A DNA stretch of 64,000 bases from Camelus dromedarius (lineage: Eukaryota), in assembly GCF_036321535.1 (NCBI RefSeq), contig NC_087438.1:6264001-6328000 (forward strand). Direction: 5' to 3'. The notes beneath the pieces were generated by a model that worked only from the letters and a program-made list of their open reading frames with translations, was not told the DNA's origin and ran no database searches. How positions within the stretch are numbered: the first letter of the stretch is position 1; each line of letters opens with the position of its first letter. The translations under genes were made by a program, and so were the position numbers. Positions 11,626 through 24,584 of this stretch are shown in pieces.

Positions 11626-14329
11626 CCCCAGGCTGCCTGGGGCACCTCCCCTCTCTAGCGGAAAGGACTATAAAAAAAATCCCATCAACGTTCTCTAAAT
11701 TCAGGCTTACCAAGGAGTTCACTGCGGTACAGTTACAAGGACATGATTTACAATTTAAAACCGTGTCAAGCAAATATCTGCCTTCCACTGAGATGTACGT
11801 AAAATGTCTGCAAAGCACTGGATTGTAAACCTTTCTGCTCTACACTAGCCCCTTATTGTTTTTAACTTGATTACACATGCTGGCAGTTAATTCAGATTCC
11901 TTTCAAGCAAATTAGGCAAACCCGATAAACGTATAGTAAACTCAAACCTGCACCTATTCAGAGGACTCCCCTACACAAATATCAACATAAGAGCAATGAA
12001 TGGGGAATTTTAAATTCTGCTAAAGAACAAGAAACAATGACTACTGGGGAAGAAGTTATAACTTCCATTAATTAGGTTTTTTTTTTGCAAAGATTCAGAT
12101 AAAAGATATGTGTAGTGTCAGAATTTTAAAAATTAACAATTTTTATCGGGATGAAGTTGGGTTTCCTTTGGCCAGATTCCTCTCATTATGCTGTGATTCC
12201 TGGGATGCATCTAAGAATAACACGATCTGTGAGCACCAAGGATGACAGATAAGACAGAGCGTGAGAGGCTCCAAGATCACATGAGATACGTGCGCGGAAG
12301 TTCGCCGAATCTCCACGAAGGCACACATGTGAAATTACGTCTCCTCAACAGCCCGAGGGATCGGGGTTTTCAAAATATAGTATCAATCCCAAGGGACCAG
12401 AAGCATTTACATTTCCAGTTTAATGGATGTGCAGGCTAAAGACCATTTGTTCCAATGAGGTTCGCAGTACACGGGAAAACATAACAAATCTACTGGAGGT
12501 CGACAGGCAAATCTCTATTCTTCCACGCAGACAGTGGGAGCGCCTCTGTGGACATGGCGGGGTAGGGGAGGCGGGTACCAGAAACAAGCCACGTGCACAC
12601 ATAACCTCAGAGAAACGCCAGCATATCATCCAATTCCAGTGCCAACCCATCCTGCTGGGGCAAACTACTGGGAACACCATTTGTATTCGAAGTCCCATTG
12701 AGCACTGGTCCTCCTAACTCTCGGTAACCTCTAAGAGTAACACCCAAAAGACTTCTCAAATGGTGACATGGGGCTTGTCCAGAGAAACGCATCTCATGCA
12801 CAGAGGGCTTAAAATTACAGGCTTGACCCCTTCCATCCTCAGGACACCTGTAGCGTCTGTCTATTCAGTGTGGCGCTTGCTAGCTGGAGTTGACGTTACC
12901 GGGTTGTCAGTGTCTCTCCTCCCAGGCTGGGAGCTCCTTGAGGTCAAGGACAGCAAGCTTAACCAGATTCACATTCCGCCCAGCCCACATCCCAAGCCAC
13001 GGCTCATACTCATAGTTGTTTAAGACATGCTTATTGAGGGCATAGAGCTGGACTTCAGTTGTGTGCATGAAATGCATCAAGGGAAATAAAACAACATTTG
13101 ATTAACAGGCTGGATGATGGTCTGAAAAGGGCTCAGGGACATCAGTTTTAAATTCTTATTTACAAAGGAGAGCTCAAATATTGGAATCTGTGCAACTTTC
13201 AAATATTAAATTCAGACTTTCTTTTCTAATTGGGTGCTCTGCATTAGTTCTATGTATTCGAGTCTTGCCTATGGGGGTCTGATAAGGTCTTGGAAGGTCA
13301 CTGCCAAGTATAATCTAATATCAAAACCAATTTTAATGAACTTCACACACTTACTGCAGGCATACTGGCTTTCAGTGCTAAATTTGGTTCGTTTAGAGAA
13401 GCCTTGTAAAGCTAATTAGGAAGAATTTGAAATAACTTAAGAATATGAACAAGAAATGAAATGTTCATAAGCTAATATCATGGGAAGAAAAATTAAATAT
13501 GAACTACAGTCAGCTCTATTGGGGAAGGAAGAGTCTCTGTGAAAGAAGACTAGTCACAAAATATATTCCTTTATAAGAAACGGTAAGAAAGAACCAAGAG
13601 TAGATAAGAACTATATAATGGAATAATCACATCATTTGAAAAGATGTTGATAACATTTCCCCAAACTGTCATCATCTTTTAAAAAAATGAGTGCATACAT
13701 TTGATAACTGGGCTCATTTATTTATCATCTTACACTCTGCCAGGTATCGAAGACCCATTCATAAATAAAATAGATATTGTCCCTGACTTTAAAATCTTAA
13801 ATATCTTTTTTTCATTTAATAAGTTTAAAAACAAATTAATTCATCTCATGTTAATGTGATAGAACGTTCCTCTCTGAAATAGGACAAAGTCCAAGTTTAT
13901 ATGATATATTTGGGGGCAACATTGAGCTTAATTTATGGGTTTTTTTTTTAAGTTTTAGAGTCATCTACCAAACTCGAAGTAATGATTGCGGGAAAGTAGA
14001 ATAAGGAGTCCAGACGTACACATCCATGCAGATTTGCACGCGTGATATCAGGTATGTATTTACAATTATATAGCTTCTTTTTGATGGTAAAATAAATTTT
14101 TTTTTTTTTGCTGTAAGGAAAAATAATTGAAACACGATGCAGTGTATGTGTTGGACATCACTGATGGAGTTACACTGTAGAACTAGTAACACAAGAAAGT
14201 CAGCCTAGCTCCAACTATGCGAGTGCAACAGCAAGTTGATGAGAGCCAAGTGGCCGCGCCACCCCCCACCCCGCCCCGAGCCGCAAATTCAAGACCTTTC
14301 AGGAAAGAAACACCTTCTGTTCCACATCT

Positions 14330-14735
14330 GAGTCCTGCCACATTCCTTTTCGCATCCTCAAGCCACACACATGATACTACTCGTGGCTCCCAGGCTATTC
14401 CCCACACCCTTAGATCCGCAGCCTCGTTCATGTTCCTTTCACAGAGAAGCCCCCATTCCCATCCTAACTTGGCCAAGTCCTGGCCACACCCTTGGGGGCC
14501 CTTGAACCATCCATCCAGAGGTAACCTGTCTCTCCCCTGGAGTCCCTGCTTTCTCTTAATTGTTCCATTGGAGGAAGTAAGGACTTCCTCCTTATGGTCT
14601 AGCCATGAGATTGACATTTTCTCTCCCACAGTTACGAATTTTCTTGAATGTATCTGCATATCTTCATCTTCCACTGTCCCTTGTACAGTTCTTTACACAC
14701 AGTAAATAGTCAGCATTTTTGCTTGACTAGATACG
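14330..14735 (+). mobile_element. L2 fragment (degenerate)
   Basis: Pyrimidine-rich L2-like body ending cttgtacagttctttacacacagtaaatagtcagcatttttgcttgact. Confidence 0.4.
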
Positions 14736-17664
14736 CAGATGAAAAAGTCTGAAAATTCGACAGAGCATGGTACGGAAGGCATGAATCAGTGACCAAAGTC
14801 ATTGAGAATTTTCTTTTCTTCCATATGTAAAACTATTTAGAAATTAATATTTCTTGCATATTTAGAAATTAATTTCAGAAGGGATCACACCAAGCATTAG
14901 AGAAATTAATTACCAAAAACAGCTCATGGAGCAGGAGGAGTTCCCTTCTACCCATCACTTCCAGATGTCAAGGCTCATCACTAAAAGCAATTAGCAGTCG
15001 CAAGAAGATCAGAGAGAGAAATCAGCTACAGAAGCTTCATAAGGAGAGGTGCCTGCTCCTCGCAGAGGGCTCTTGACGTCTGGATTCCATCTGTTTGCCC
15101 CGGCTATTTTTGTCTCACTCTTTTCAGAGGCTACGGTTCGTGTGTTTCTGCAGAGCCTGCATAATTTTACGAGGCAGATTCCAGGGCCTCCTCCTTTCAG
15201 TCACCGCCACCTCTTTCTCCCACATGATGATGTCCTTGGAAATCTGCTTTCTAATAGTCTCAAACTGGGCGATGTCACGGGACATAGACTGAAACAGATG
15301 TGGAAAACTTTTCACATCACGATGGAAGCAAGGTGCCAAATAGCAGCGCATGGGATGCAGCGTGGCTTATAAAAGAAGGCAAGAATGTGGCGGGGTGGGA
15401 TCCAGTTCTATCTGCAAGAGCCTTTAGTGCAACTATTTCTTTCAAACCAGAGCCTCATGCGATGCTGCAAGTCAAACAGATTTTGCAAAAAAAAAAAAAA
15501 AAAAAAAATGCTGTGGAGTGAAATGAAGAGACAGCTGTCCTAAGAATGCCTGCTATTGTAGCACAGAGCAAAATAATTAAGCTTTTTTATTTTTCTGACA
15601 AATGTTGAAGGCTTCTAAATGTAACCTTGTATTTCTATTGAGAAATACTAACAAAAAAGCCCCTAAATGTAGCAGCAGCCTCTTGATTCTGCCTTGTATT
15701 CACGCAGAGGAGCTCTGAGCTAGGCTCTTGTTCTTAGGAAATGCGAGGATTAATGAAGAGATAGCACTTGGCAGGAAAGAAACCGCAGCATCTGTGAAAA
15801 ATATTCAATGTTTTAAAATCATTTTTTGATGTTCCAGCATCTGTTGCTTCCTTCTTTACTTAATTACAAGTTGCTTCGGAAATTATTATGTATGTGTGTT
15901 GTTTTAACAACTGAAATTATACATGTTCAGTAATTCCATTGGAGGCACTCAGATGAAATAATAAAAAAAAAAGGGGGGGGAAATGAAAATCTTAAGCAAA
16001 ACACCAATTAAAACATATTGTTGATATAATTAAACACTTACGTTACTTCCCCCCAAAGGAAGAACTGTCTGTCATGAGCAAAACCAAATGACAAGTATAA
16101 TGTGACCAAAACTTGTCTGAAGCCCCTCTGAGTGCCCTAGTCTACGTGTGAACTATTCCTGCAACACACCTCTCTCCTGCTAGGATCTCCTGCTAAATCG
16201 AGACTGGTACCAAAGTACATTGTGCACAAGGGCGCCCACAAACAAAGGCACGTTAATGAACAGAGTGGCGAACAGACCATTTCTGTTCAAGCTGCACAAG
16301 TGAAGCCTCCTTCCTCAGTTTTAAGCAGGAACCATGAGTCCCTTATTCATGTGGTATCCCCAGAGCCCATCACGGGCCAGAAGCTTAATATTTATTAAAT
16401 AATAATGACAGGAAAGCGGGTGGAAAACAGAGATGCTCAGATTCTAGCTGCATCAGTGTGAGAGCAGGCAAACATCTACTAAGCCTGCGATGTGTGCAGG
16501 GCTTGTAAACCCGGGTCAACCAAATGAAGACCATGTCACGAAAGAGGCACAGTCAGTTAAGCAGATGACAAAAGGCTTCGATGGGAGGGATGTCCCCCCA
16601 GGTTTTTGTTCGCTGGTTTATTTCCTTGGTTTTAGGAACGAGTCAGCTGCGGCAGAATGTTGGCTTCTAAAACATGGAAACTACAATAGATCAGACCTCA
16701 GTTCTCTCCACCTTTCCCATAAGCTGGTTGAGTAGAGTTAGCATCACGTAGAGCCATGGGTCTCAGATTGCGATGGCGGGACGAACAGAGCGTTCTCGTG
16801 CGGCCGTGGCCCAAGCTGCTCTACGGCGTGAAAAGCCCTCCTAGAATCGTGGCCCCAGCCTGTGCGGTGACCTGCTGGACTGAAACATGACTTCTAAAAA
16901 CTGGGGGGGAGACGGAAGTACCAGAAGATGCCAGCAGTTGCAAAACCCCATCCTTGATGCTACAAACTGCACACTGAGGACAGGAAGCCGTCAGCTCCAA
17001 GTGAGAGGGGAGGCAACAGAGCACATCATCTAAAGGCCAATCTGACTGGATAACTAAACAGGTTTTTAAAAATCATGAACAAGCAAAGCCTGTTTAAACT
17101 CCAAGAGAGTGTTCTCTTTAATTACAGCAGCCAGTGCCCAGCGTAACGAGAAGTAGACAAGGTGAGCTATGGAAATTGACCAAAAATAAGTGCCCAACTT
17201 GGCAGGGACATCAAATCGACTAAATGCCCTACGGAGCATTCTCCGTGGATAATCCATGACTAGCACAAAGTGTCAGCAGGGCCACAATCAAAGACTGAAG
17301 ATGCATTTGGAAAAGATTATTCCCTGATTGTTTTTATAGGGACGTCCACTAAGGCTTTAAATTTAGAAAGCCACATTGAATTACTCATTTTGTGGCAGTT
17401 AAAAATCTGCCATCCTTTAAAACAGAGACCTGGGGTTTCTAGAGCTGAGTATTTATTTATGTCTTTGGAAAGTCTGTTTGTTCTGGGTGTACTGTGTATT
17501 CATGTAGGCCTAAAAAAGATTTTTAGACTCATGGCCATTTAGTGGAAATTGCTATGACTGAGAATACTGTTACTGTGTGTGTCATTAAGTAAAATTTAGG
17601 TATTTTAATATCAGGCATCGGAAGAATCTTTACCATGGAATTTATTGGTAAACCGGAAAGAAAA

Positions 17665-17687
17665 GTGTGTGTGTGTGTGTGTGTGTG
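17665..17687. repeat. (GT)11 microsatellite
   Basis: Directly visible perfect dinucleotide run. Confidence 0.95.
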
Positions 17688-17856
17688 ATGTGTGTTATGT
17701 CACTTTTACAGCAGAAAACTTCTACTCATGAAACGTGCTCTTTCTATTAACTTTACAGGCATTGTATCTAAATTATTATAGGCAGAAACAAACTTGATTT
17801 TTTGTAAAGCCAAAGAAAATGTGTGCAATAGACTCTGCCAATGCTGTAAGTAAAAC

Positions 17857-17880
17857 TTTTTTTTTTTTTTTTTTTTTTTT
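17857..17880. repeat. poly(T)24 tract
   Basis: Directly visible homopolymer. Confidence 0.95.
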
Positions 17881-19159
17881 GTGAAATACTCCAGATCTCC
17901 ATACCAATTACAATTTCCAGAGATGGGAGAAGAACTGATGTCCTAGAGGCAACCTTTTGATGGATTAATTCCTGTAATCCATCATTTTTCTTTTCTCTCC
18001 ATGTGGATCATGCATCATTCTTAGACTTGATGGCCAGACTTCCAGTTCCAAGTTACAGAATGCTTACACTTCTGTGGTCATCCTCTGTATTGTTCGATTT
18101 TGGGTACTGATGTTAACTTTTGCAAAATACTCAAGCCTCTTTTAACAAAATGTGACGTTTTCACTCTGACAATCTTTCATATTTGCAAGCTCTTCACTGA
18201 GGTCTCAACATAACAAAAGAAAGCCAATTTTGCATCCCTGTGCTTCTGAAAGGTGTAATAACAGGTTTCAGCCAGGGAGGCAGTCATTTCCCTTAAAGAT
18301 GAGTATGTGGAAATACAAGAGAATGCCTTTTGTGAGCACAGTGCAGAGGAACAGTGCAGACTGTGACCGTCTTCATGAAGGTCAAGGTCGTTTGTTGAGC
18401 TTTCCTGGTCAGGGATGACGTGAACATTTTAGATCATCTCTAACAGATACCGCATTAAGAGCGAGCACCCACTGTGAAGTGGTATTTGAGAGGCAGTTTC
18501 CAAAGACAGGAGGAGAAGGAGAAAGCTGGGGTCTTCCTAGCCTTGAGGATCTTAGATTTGAAGCACTTGTAAGAGTGGTGAGCAGAGTAAGTGGGCAGAG
18601 CAGTGAGGATGGTTTTGACTCAAACTAGCTGAAGCCATGGGGAACTTTTGATCTCAGGCCGCCAGTCCTCAGCGAGGGTGGCTCCCAGGCCGACAGCCCA
18701 TCGTGTCTCCTGCTCCCTCTCCGCCCTGAGCTGGTGGCCCTCTCAGGCTGCCAGCAGGTGGGGAGTAACAGTCCCAGCTTCAGCTCTGACATACAAGTGA
18801 CCAGAGAAAGAAAGGAGCCCTCCCTTCTCATGTCTCTTTCTGAGCGACAAACAGAATTTCCCAGGAGCCCCCAGCAGCTTTTCTCCTATGCATCCGGGGC
18901 AAGCACCGGTCCACACGATAGAGAACCACTGTGCTAAAAAAAACCTGATGGAAAACCAAGTGTTTTCCCAATAAAAAGCATGCACAGCCATTGTATGGTG
19001 GGAAAGCTCTTAAGAGTCCACAGGACCCTGCAAGGCAGGAGAGCCTCAGGCAGGGTTTAACCCCAATCATTGGAGCTTCAGAAAACGTGAGCTCACAAGT
19101 TCCTTCTAGTGCGGTCAGGATTTGTCTTCAGGCAGCCAGGTGTAGCAAGTGTTTTGGGG

Positions 19160-19588
19160 CCCCCCACACTGCAGCCCCCACCCTATGAGCCCAGCTTCCC
19201 GGTGGTGGGCCACTGTCTGCCTGCCATGACCACCTGGGACACAAGCCTCACTTCCTGTGACTTTTCACAGCAAGTCTTCTCTGAGGCTCACGGAGACTGT
19301 GGGCTTGTGAGGGTGCAGCCCAGGAGCACCCCTTAAGCAAGGGGAGCCGTGAAGGGCAGGCGCTTCTGGGGGGTGCTCTGCAGGCTTCTCAGGCATCCTG
19401 GAGGGATTCTGCCTGCTGCCCTCAGCAGTGGCCTTGATAACAAACCCTCGTGGGCTTCCCTTCTTCTCTGCCTTGCTACCCTCACCCTTCCCATCTGCTC
19501 TGAAGATTCATCTCCTGAGTAATAATTAGGTGGTCTCAGCTCTTGTTCTGTCTCTGGCTCTACTCTGAAAGGAGCTCAAGCTAAGATG
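19160..19588 (+). mobile_element. Old ERVL-type solo LTR (LTR16/LTR33-like)
   Basis: gggcttcccttcttctctgccttgc...catctcctgagtaata...ctctggctctactctgaaaggagctcaagctaagat matches the usual LTR16-type 3' end. 5' boundary uncertain. Confidence 0.5.
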
Positions 19589-22320
19589 CCAGGCTTGCTC
19601 CTCTCGGCTCCCACCTCCACGATGCAGAACACGGGCTGGAATGAAGGGTGGCAAGCACTCCAGTGTCTCGGAGGCTCTGAAGAACCTTGGTTTTCATGTA
19701 CTCAGGCCAAGGCTAGCGTGGCCCTGCAGTCCCACAGAGAACCCAGACTGTACACTGTCCTTCTAAGGTGGCAATACTCACATCTAGAGGACATTTAACA
19801 CCCCCTTAGAACTGTGCAGTGCACAACCTGCACACCTGTACGCAGTGGCCCTGGAGGATAGGGATTGGTGAGGGTGCCTTTCCCAGGTGCATCTGGATAT
19901 CTGGAGCATCCCTAAGAATCCTCTGGTCTCTCCAGACTCTCAGTTATATGTACTCTTAGAAGCCAACAAGGGTCATCTATTGTTCCCAATAAGTAACAAA
20001 TGATTGCCTTTTTTCTGATTTTAGTTCCAATGATTCACTTATCGAATTTGCTGTGGATCATACTCATCTGGGTAAAACAGGTTTCTAACATTAGGAAAAC
20101 CAGAGTCTTTTAAGTTTTACCCTTTTAAATTATTTTTCAAATATTCACCAAGGCTACAGAATGTAGCTGGGGAACACGCAAGCTGTCAGGATGTTTGCCC
20201 ACCTTGAGTCTGGCTACCCTGCACGTGGGAGGGGACATCATGCCTCTTTGTGCCAAGCTTCCATACCTAAAAAATGGTTACTCTGGTAATAATGCCACAT
20301 CATGGGTTCACTGGGAAGAACAAGTAATAACATCCATAAGAAGTATTTTAAACCATACCTGGCATGTAGAAAGTAGTGATGGTGATGAAAAAAACTGTTT
20401 TTAGCCATAAAGATGTTTGTACCTTTTCAATGGAGTTAAAATCAACTATTTGCTTTTACTTAATTTTATTTATTAAATTGTAATTAAGAAAATGGCCTTT
20501 TTAGAATCACAAGATGGTGTTTTCATAAAAGATGCATCAAATTGGTTGTATTTAACCCAGAAGGACCACTGGCTCATTAAAGTAAGCAGGGCTTCCGGAC
20601 AGTCCAATAAGGAGCCATGCAAGGAGCCCAGGAGAGATCCACACCTGTGACCGAGCTTCCAGGGTACTGTCGGGGCAGGAACTAAGCACATAGAAGTGGA
20701 TCTTGGCCCAGAGTGAAATTGTAACCCTTTAACTAACGCATACAGCTTAGTGTAAGCTCTCAAGGCCGAGGCACCTTGGTCTAGTGTGTGCTGGGCTTAC
20801 GTTGCGCAAACTCACAATAGCAAACAAAACAAATTAGATAAAGAGAAAACTTGCGATGTACCTCCTCGTAAAAATGTTCCTGTCCTCCACAGCAGGACCA
20901 CAGATCTCTGGAAAGCCACAGAGGAGGAACACGAGGAAACACGACACACCAGTGCAAAGGACTCTAATTGCCACACGCCAGCAAGCAGCCAACTCAAAGA
21001 CTTCTTGTTGGGGTTTAGAAGGTTAGTGTCTCTCAGCTTGGGTTTCGTCTATATCCGATGCAGAGAGGAGGTGCCAGCTGTCCCATCTGAATAGTAGGTG
21101 CCATGGCAAGAAAGTTGTTACTCTTGAAGGTATTTTAATACTTAAAAAACAATGGGGTGCTAGAGATAATTTTATCCAACTAGGAGAAAAGAGATGTCTT
21201 CTGATAACTCCCTTCTTTAACTGATCTGCTTTGTGGGTGGGAAATCCACTCCTGCCCATTAGTCTAGTTCTGCCCCAGCATTGTCTGACGAGGCCACAGC
21301 ATCCCGGACCGGTCAGCTCCTCAGGCTCAGAAGGCCTGGCCCCAGGGCCTCGCTCTGCCTGCTGCAGGGTTTCACGTATGTAAATTCCTTTCTCTGGGCC
21401 CTGATTTTCTCAGTTGGAAGATCAGGAATACATGAGATGACATTTCCTAGAATATTTTGCAAACTCCGACATGTGCCACAAAAATGAGTTATGTTGTAAT
21501 ACTGTCATTATTTTCGTCCATCACAACCTATTTAAACTTCCAATTGCCGGGTTTCACTTGCTCCTGAACGTATCCATAGTGCCATGATCTGACACAGACA
21601 ATTCTTAGTTTGTTACATCAACTCCGATTAACCTTCACAGCATCCCTTTGACAGAATGTATTGATGGTAATGGCTTTATTCCTGAACTTCCAGGGCCTTC
21701 TGTGGTCCAGTTTATTTTATTTTTTTTGTATCTAAGAAATAGATATCTCTCCAATGATGCTCCCTGTTGATACCTTAAATCACTGCTTTTGTCAACTGTT
21801 TTACAGTGGGTGATATTTCAGTAATAAATGCAGTGCTGGCAGGACGAAGTCTGTTTCTGTTTTTGAATTATCTCTGCTGTGCCCAACACCATCTTTAGTT
21901 TCATTCTTCGGCACACCTGCTGAACTTTTGAGGGAATCCCGAGTGACATTAATTTGAGAAGCAATTCCATTTGTATACTATCATATTTTATGTCTTTCTT
22001 CCCATTGTGTGTTGTTAATTTTCAACCAAAACACAGAATTAAGATTTGGGTTATGAGTTTGTCTTCAATTAATTTCCATGTTCATGAGAATCTCTCAAAG
22101 AAACTCTCACGGTTGGCTGGAAGAATATGATCAGAGTATTATGGACATCAAGGTGTTAAGGAATGAGAGAAATGTGATGGAAAGACAAAAGAAGCTTCTC
22201 TTTCTTTTAAGATATACTTTGTACTAACTAGGAGTAAAGAAAAATAAGATCCTCTCATTTATTACTTAACACTGAACAAAAAATTATGCAAATGTCATTA
22301 AATTCTATTTGTGCCTTGAG

Positions 22321-22925
22321 AACCAGTTCTCAAATGCTGGCCCTGTCACCCACTAGCAACTGGCTACCCGCCAAGTTTGTTAGTCTTTTCTCAAGTTGAG
22401 TTTCCCATCTCCAAGTGGAGGTAATAATGAACACTGCCTATGTTCATTTGTATCACTTTTTTTTAGATTCCACATATAAGTGATACCATATGATACTTGC
22501 CTTTCTCTGACTGACAATGAACTTATTTATAAAACAGAAACAGACTCAAAGACATAGAAAACAAACTTATGGTTACCAAAGGGGAAAGGGCTGGGGAAGA
22601 GGGATAAATTAGGAGTTCAGGATTTGCAGATACAATTACTATATATAAAACACATAAACAACAAGGCCCTACTGTACAGCACAGGGAACTATGTTCAGTA
22701 GCTTGCAATAACCTATAATTGAAAAGAACCTGAAAAAGAACATAATATACGTGTAATTGAATCATTACGATTACACATGAAAGTAACACAACACCGTAAA
22801 TCAGCTATACTTCAATTAAAAAAAAATGCCTAACAGGAATACAGGAGGAATAAACATAATCAATTTAAATGCTCCTAGCGCAGTGCACAGTATGCAGTAG
22901 GCACTCAATTAAAGTTAATTATTTC
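22321..22925 (+). mobile_element. MIR SINE split by an L1 insertion (MIR parts ~22321-22440 and ~22833-22925)
   Basis: Left part ttctcaaatgctggccctgtcacccactagc...gagtttcccatctccaagtggaggtaataatg. Right part aaatgctcctagcgcagtgcacagtatgcagtaggcactcaattaaagtt. Confidence 0.7.
22441..22826 (+). mobile_element. Young L1 3' end with 5' inversion (inverted ~22441-22514, forward ~22515-22826)
   Basis: Antisense L1 3' UTR (tgttcatttgtatcac...ctttctctgactgac) joined directly to sense aatgaacttattt...ttcaattaaaaaaaaa. tgccta repeated at 22435-22440 and 22827-22832. Confidence 0.88.
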
Positions 22926-23883
22926 ATTATGCAACAGAATTTCAGTATATCATAACATGCATGGATTATAGCTCCAGCGTGGTTCATTCTAAGTTCCTTT
23001 CAATATTTCATCTGATATTACGCAGTAAGCTAGGGTTTGTAAGACTTGATATAACAATTATCCTCGTGGTTATTAGATAATGCCAAAAAAAAGATTAAAA
23101 ATGAAGCAAAATGATGCCAATGATAATTAAGCCCAAAGTGGCTATTCTAAAATGATCGAATTATTTTCAATAAAATAATTGCAACCCTGAGATTCCAAGT
23201 CACTGTTGTGGCTTACATCCCAGCCAGTGGGACTTGGAATAAACACTGACCCTCTCTCAGCCGTTTTCCGGCAGGTGGAAGGGGAAAAGTAACCAGGATG
23301 GTGCCACCTTCTCCCTGGGGCCCTGGCCCTCTTGGGCCGGCTCAGTGCCCTGGAGCAGTGCACCTGCCTGGGCTGTCTCACTCTCACTCTTCATCCGTAA
23401 GCACTAGGAACCTCATGCTTACAGAGTGCGTGTAACGGAAGGAGAGGCAGCTGGATTGTCCCTAAGTCTCGGCAGGTGCTGGAAAAGTCACAGCATGTCC
23501 CCTTATTTCCCTCCACTGCCGCCCTGGGGTCTGTGCTTTCTAAGTGTCTTCATGTGTCTCATTCCAAACTTAGCCCCCAGGGAAGGATATTTGCTACAAG
23601 TGGCTCTGCAGTCAGGTGGACACATGTGCCCCCAGGGTTCAGAGAAGAGCTACAGGATCACAGAGTCCACGATTTTAGGGCCTGGGGACTCAGACGCTGG
23701 CTCGCTTTGCCCTGCACTTCAGCAAGGAAGGCCAGGGCCCAGAGGGCGCATGGGGTTGGGGGGACCTCAGGTTCAAACAATTAATTGGCTGCAGAAGATC
23801 CAGACCCTCCATCTGTGTTTGTCAGTCGAGTCCGCAGACAACCCAAGGCTCCCTGGTGCCCAAGCCATCAACATCTGGAACTT

Positions 23884-24584
23884 ACTTTTCTTTACCTTTA
23901 TTTTTTTCTTATTTTATTTCATCTTGGTAAGAACATTTAACATGAGATCTCCCTTCTTAAACTTTTAAGTGTTCGATACTGTCTTGTGGGCAACAGGTGC
24001 AAAGCTGGACAGCAGACCTCCAAAACCTGCTCATCTTGCTTAGCTGACACTTCATTTCCCCATTTCCCTCTCCACCCGGCCCCTGGGAACCACCATTCAG
24101 CTCTTCGATTCTATGCATCTGACCATTTGAGGTACCTCCTGCAAGTGGAGTCACCCAGGATTTGTCCTTCTGTGCTGGCTAATTTCACGGAGCATAATGT
24201 CCTCAGGGTTCATCCATGTTGGCACAAATTGCAGAATTTCCTTCTTTTTAAAGGCTGAACAGTGTTACGTTGTATGTATACAGCATATTTTCTCTACCCA
24301 CTCATTGGAGGTGGGCATTAGGTTGTTTCCACATCCTGGCTACTGTGAGTAGTGTGGCGGTGAATGTGGGAGTGCAGAGAGCTCTTCGAGATCCGACTTT
24401 AGTTCTTTCAGACGTGGAGGAATGGGAACCCTTGCACGTCACGGATGCGAATGCAAAATGGTGCAGCCACTACGCAAAATGGCATGGAGGTTTCTCAAAA
24501 GTTAAAAATAAAACTTCCAAATGATCGAGCAAGCCCACTTCTGCATATTTACCCAAAAGAACGGAAATCAGGATCACGAAGAGA
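23884..24584 (-). mobile_element. L1MA-like element with 5' inversion (3' part minus ~23884-24408, inverted part plus ~24410-24584) and 18-bp TSD
   Basis: L1MA-type 3' end (ttggtaagaacatttaacatgagatct...). Orientation switches near 24409. TSD catcaacatYtggaactt at 23866-23883 and 24585-24602. Confidence 0.88.

Noticed and set aside
14255..14285. G-rich tract on the transcribed strand as a possible G-quadruplex
   Set aside because: Only three clear runs of three or more G, so evidence is weak.
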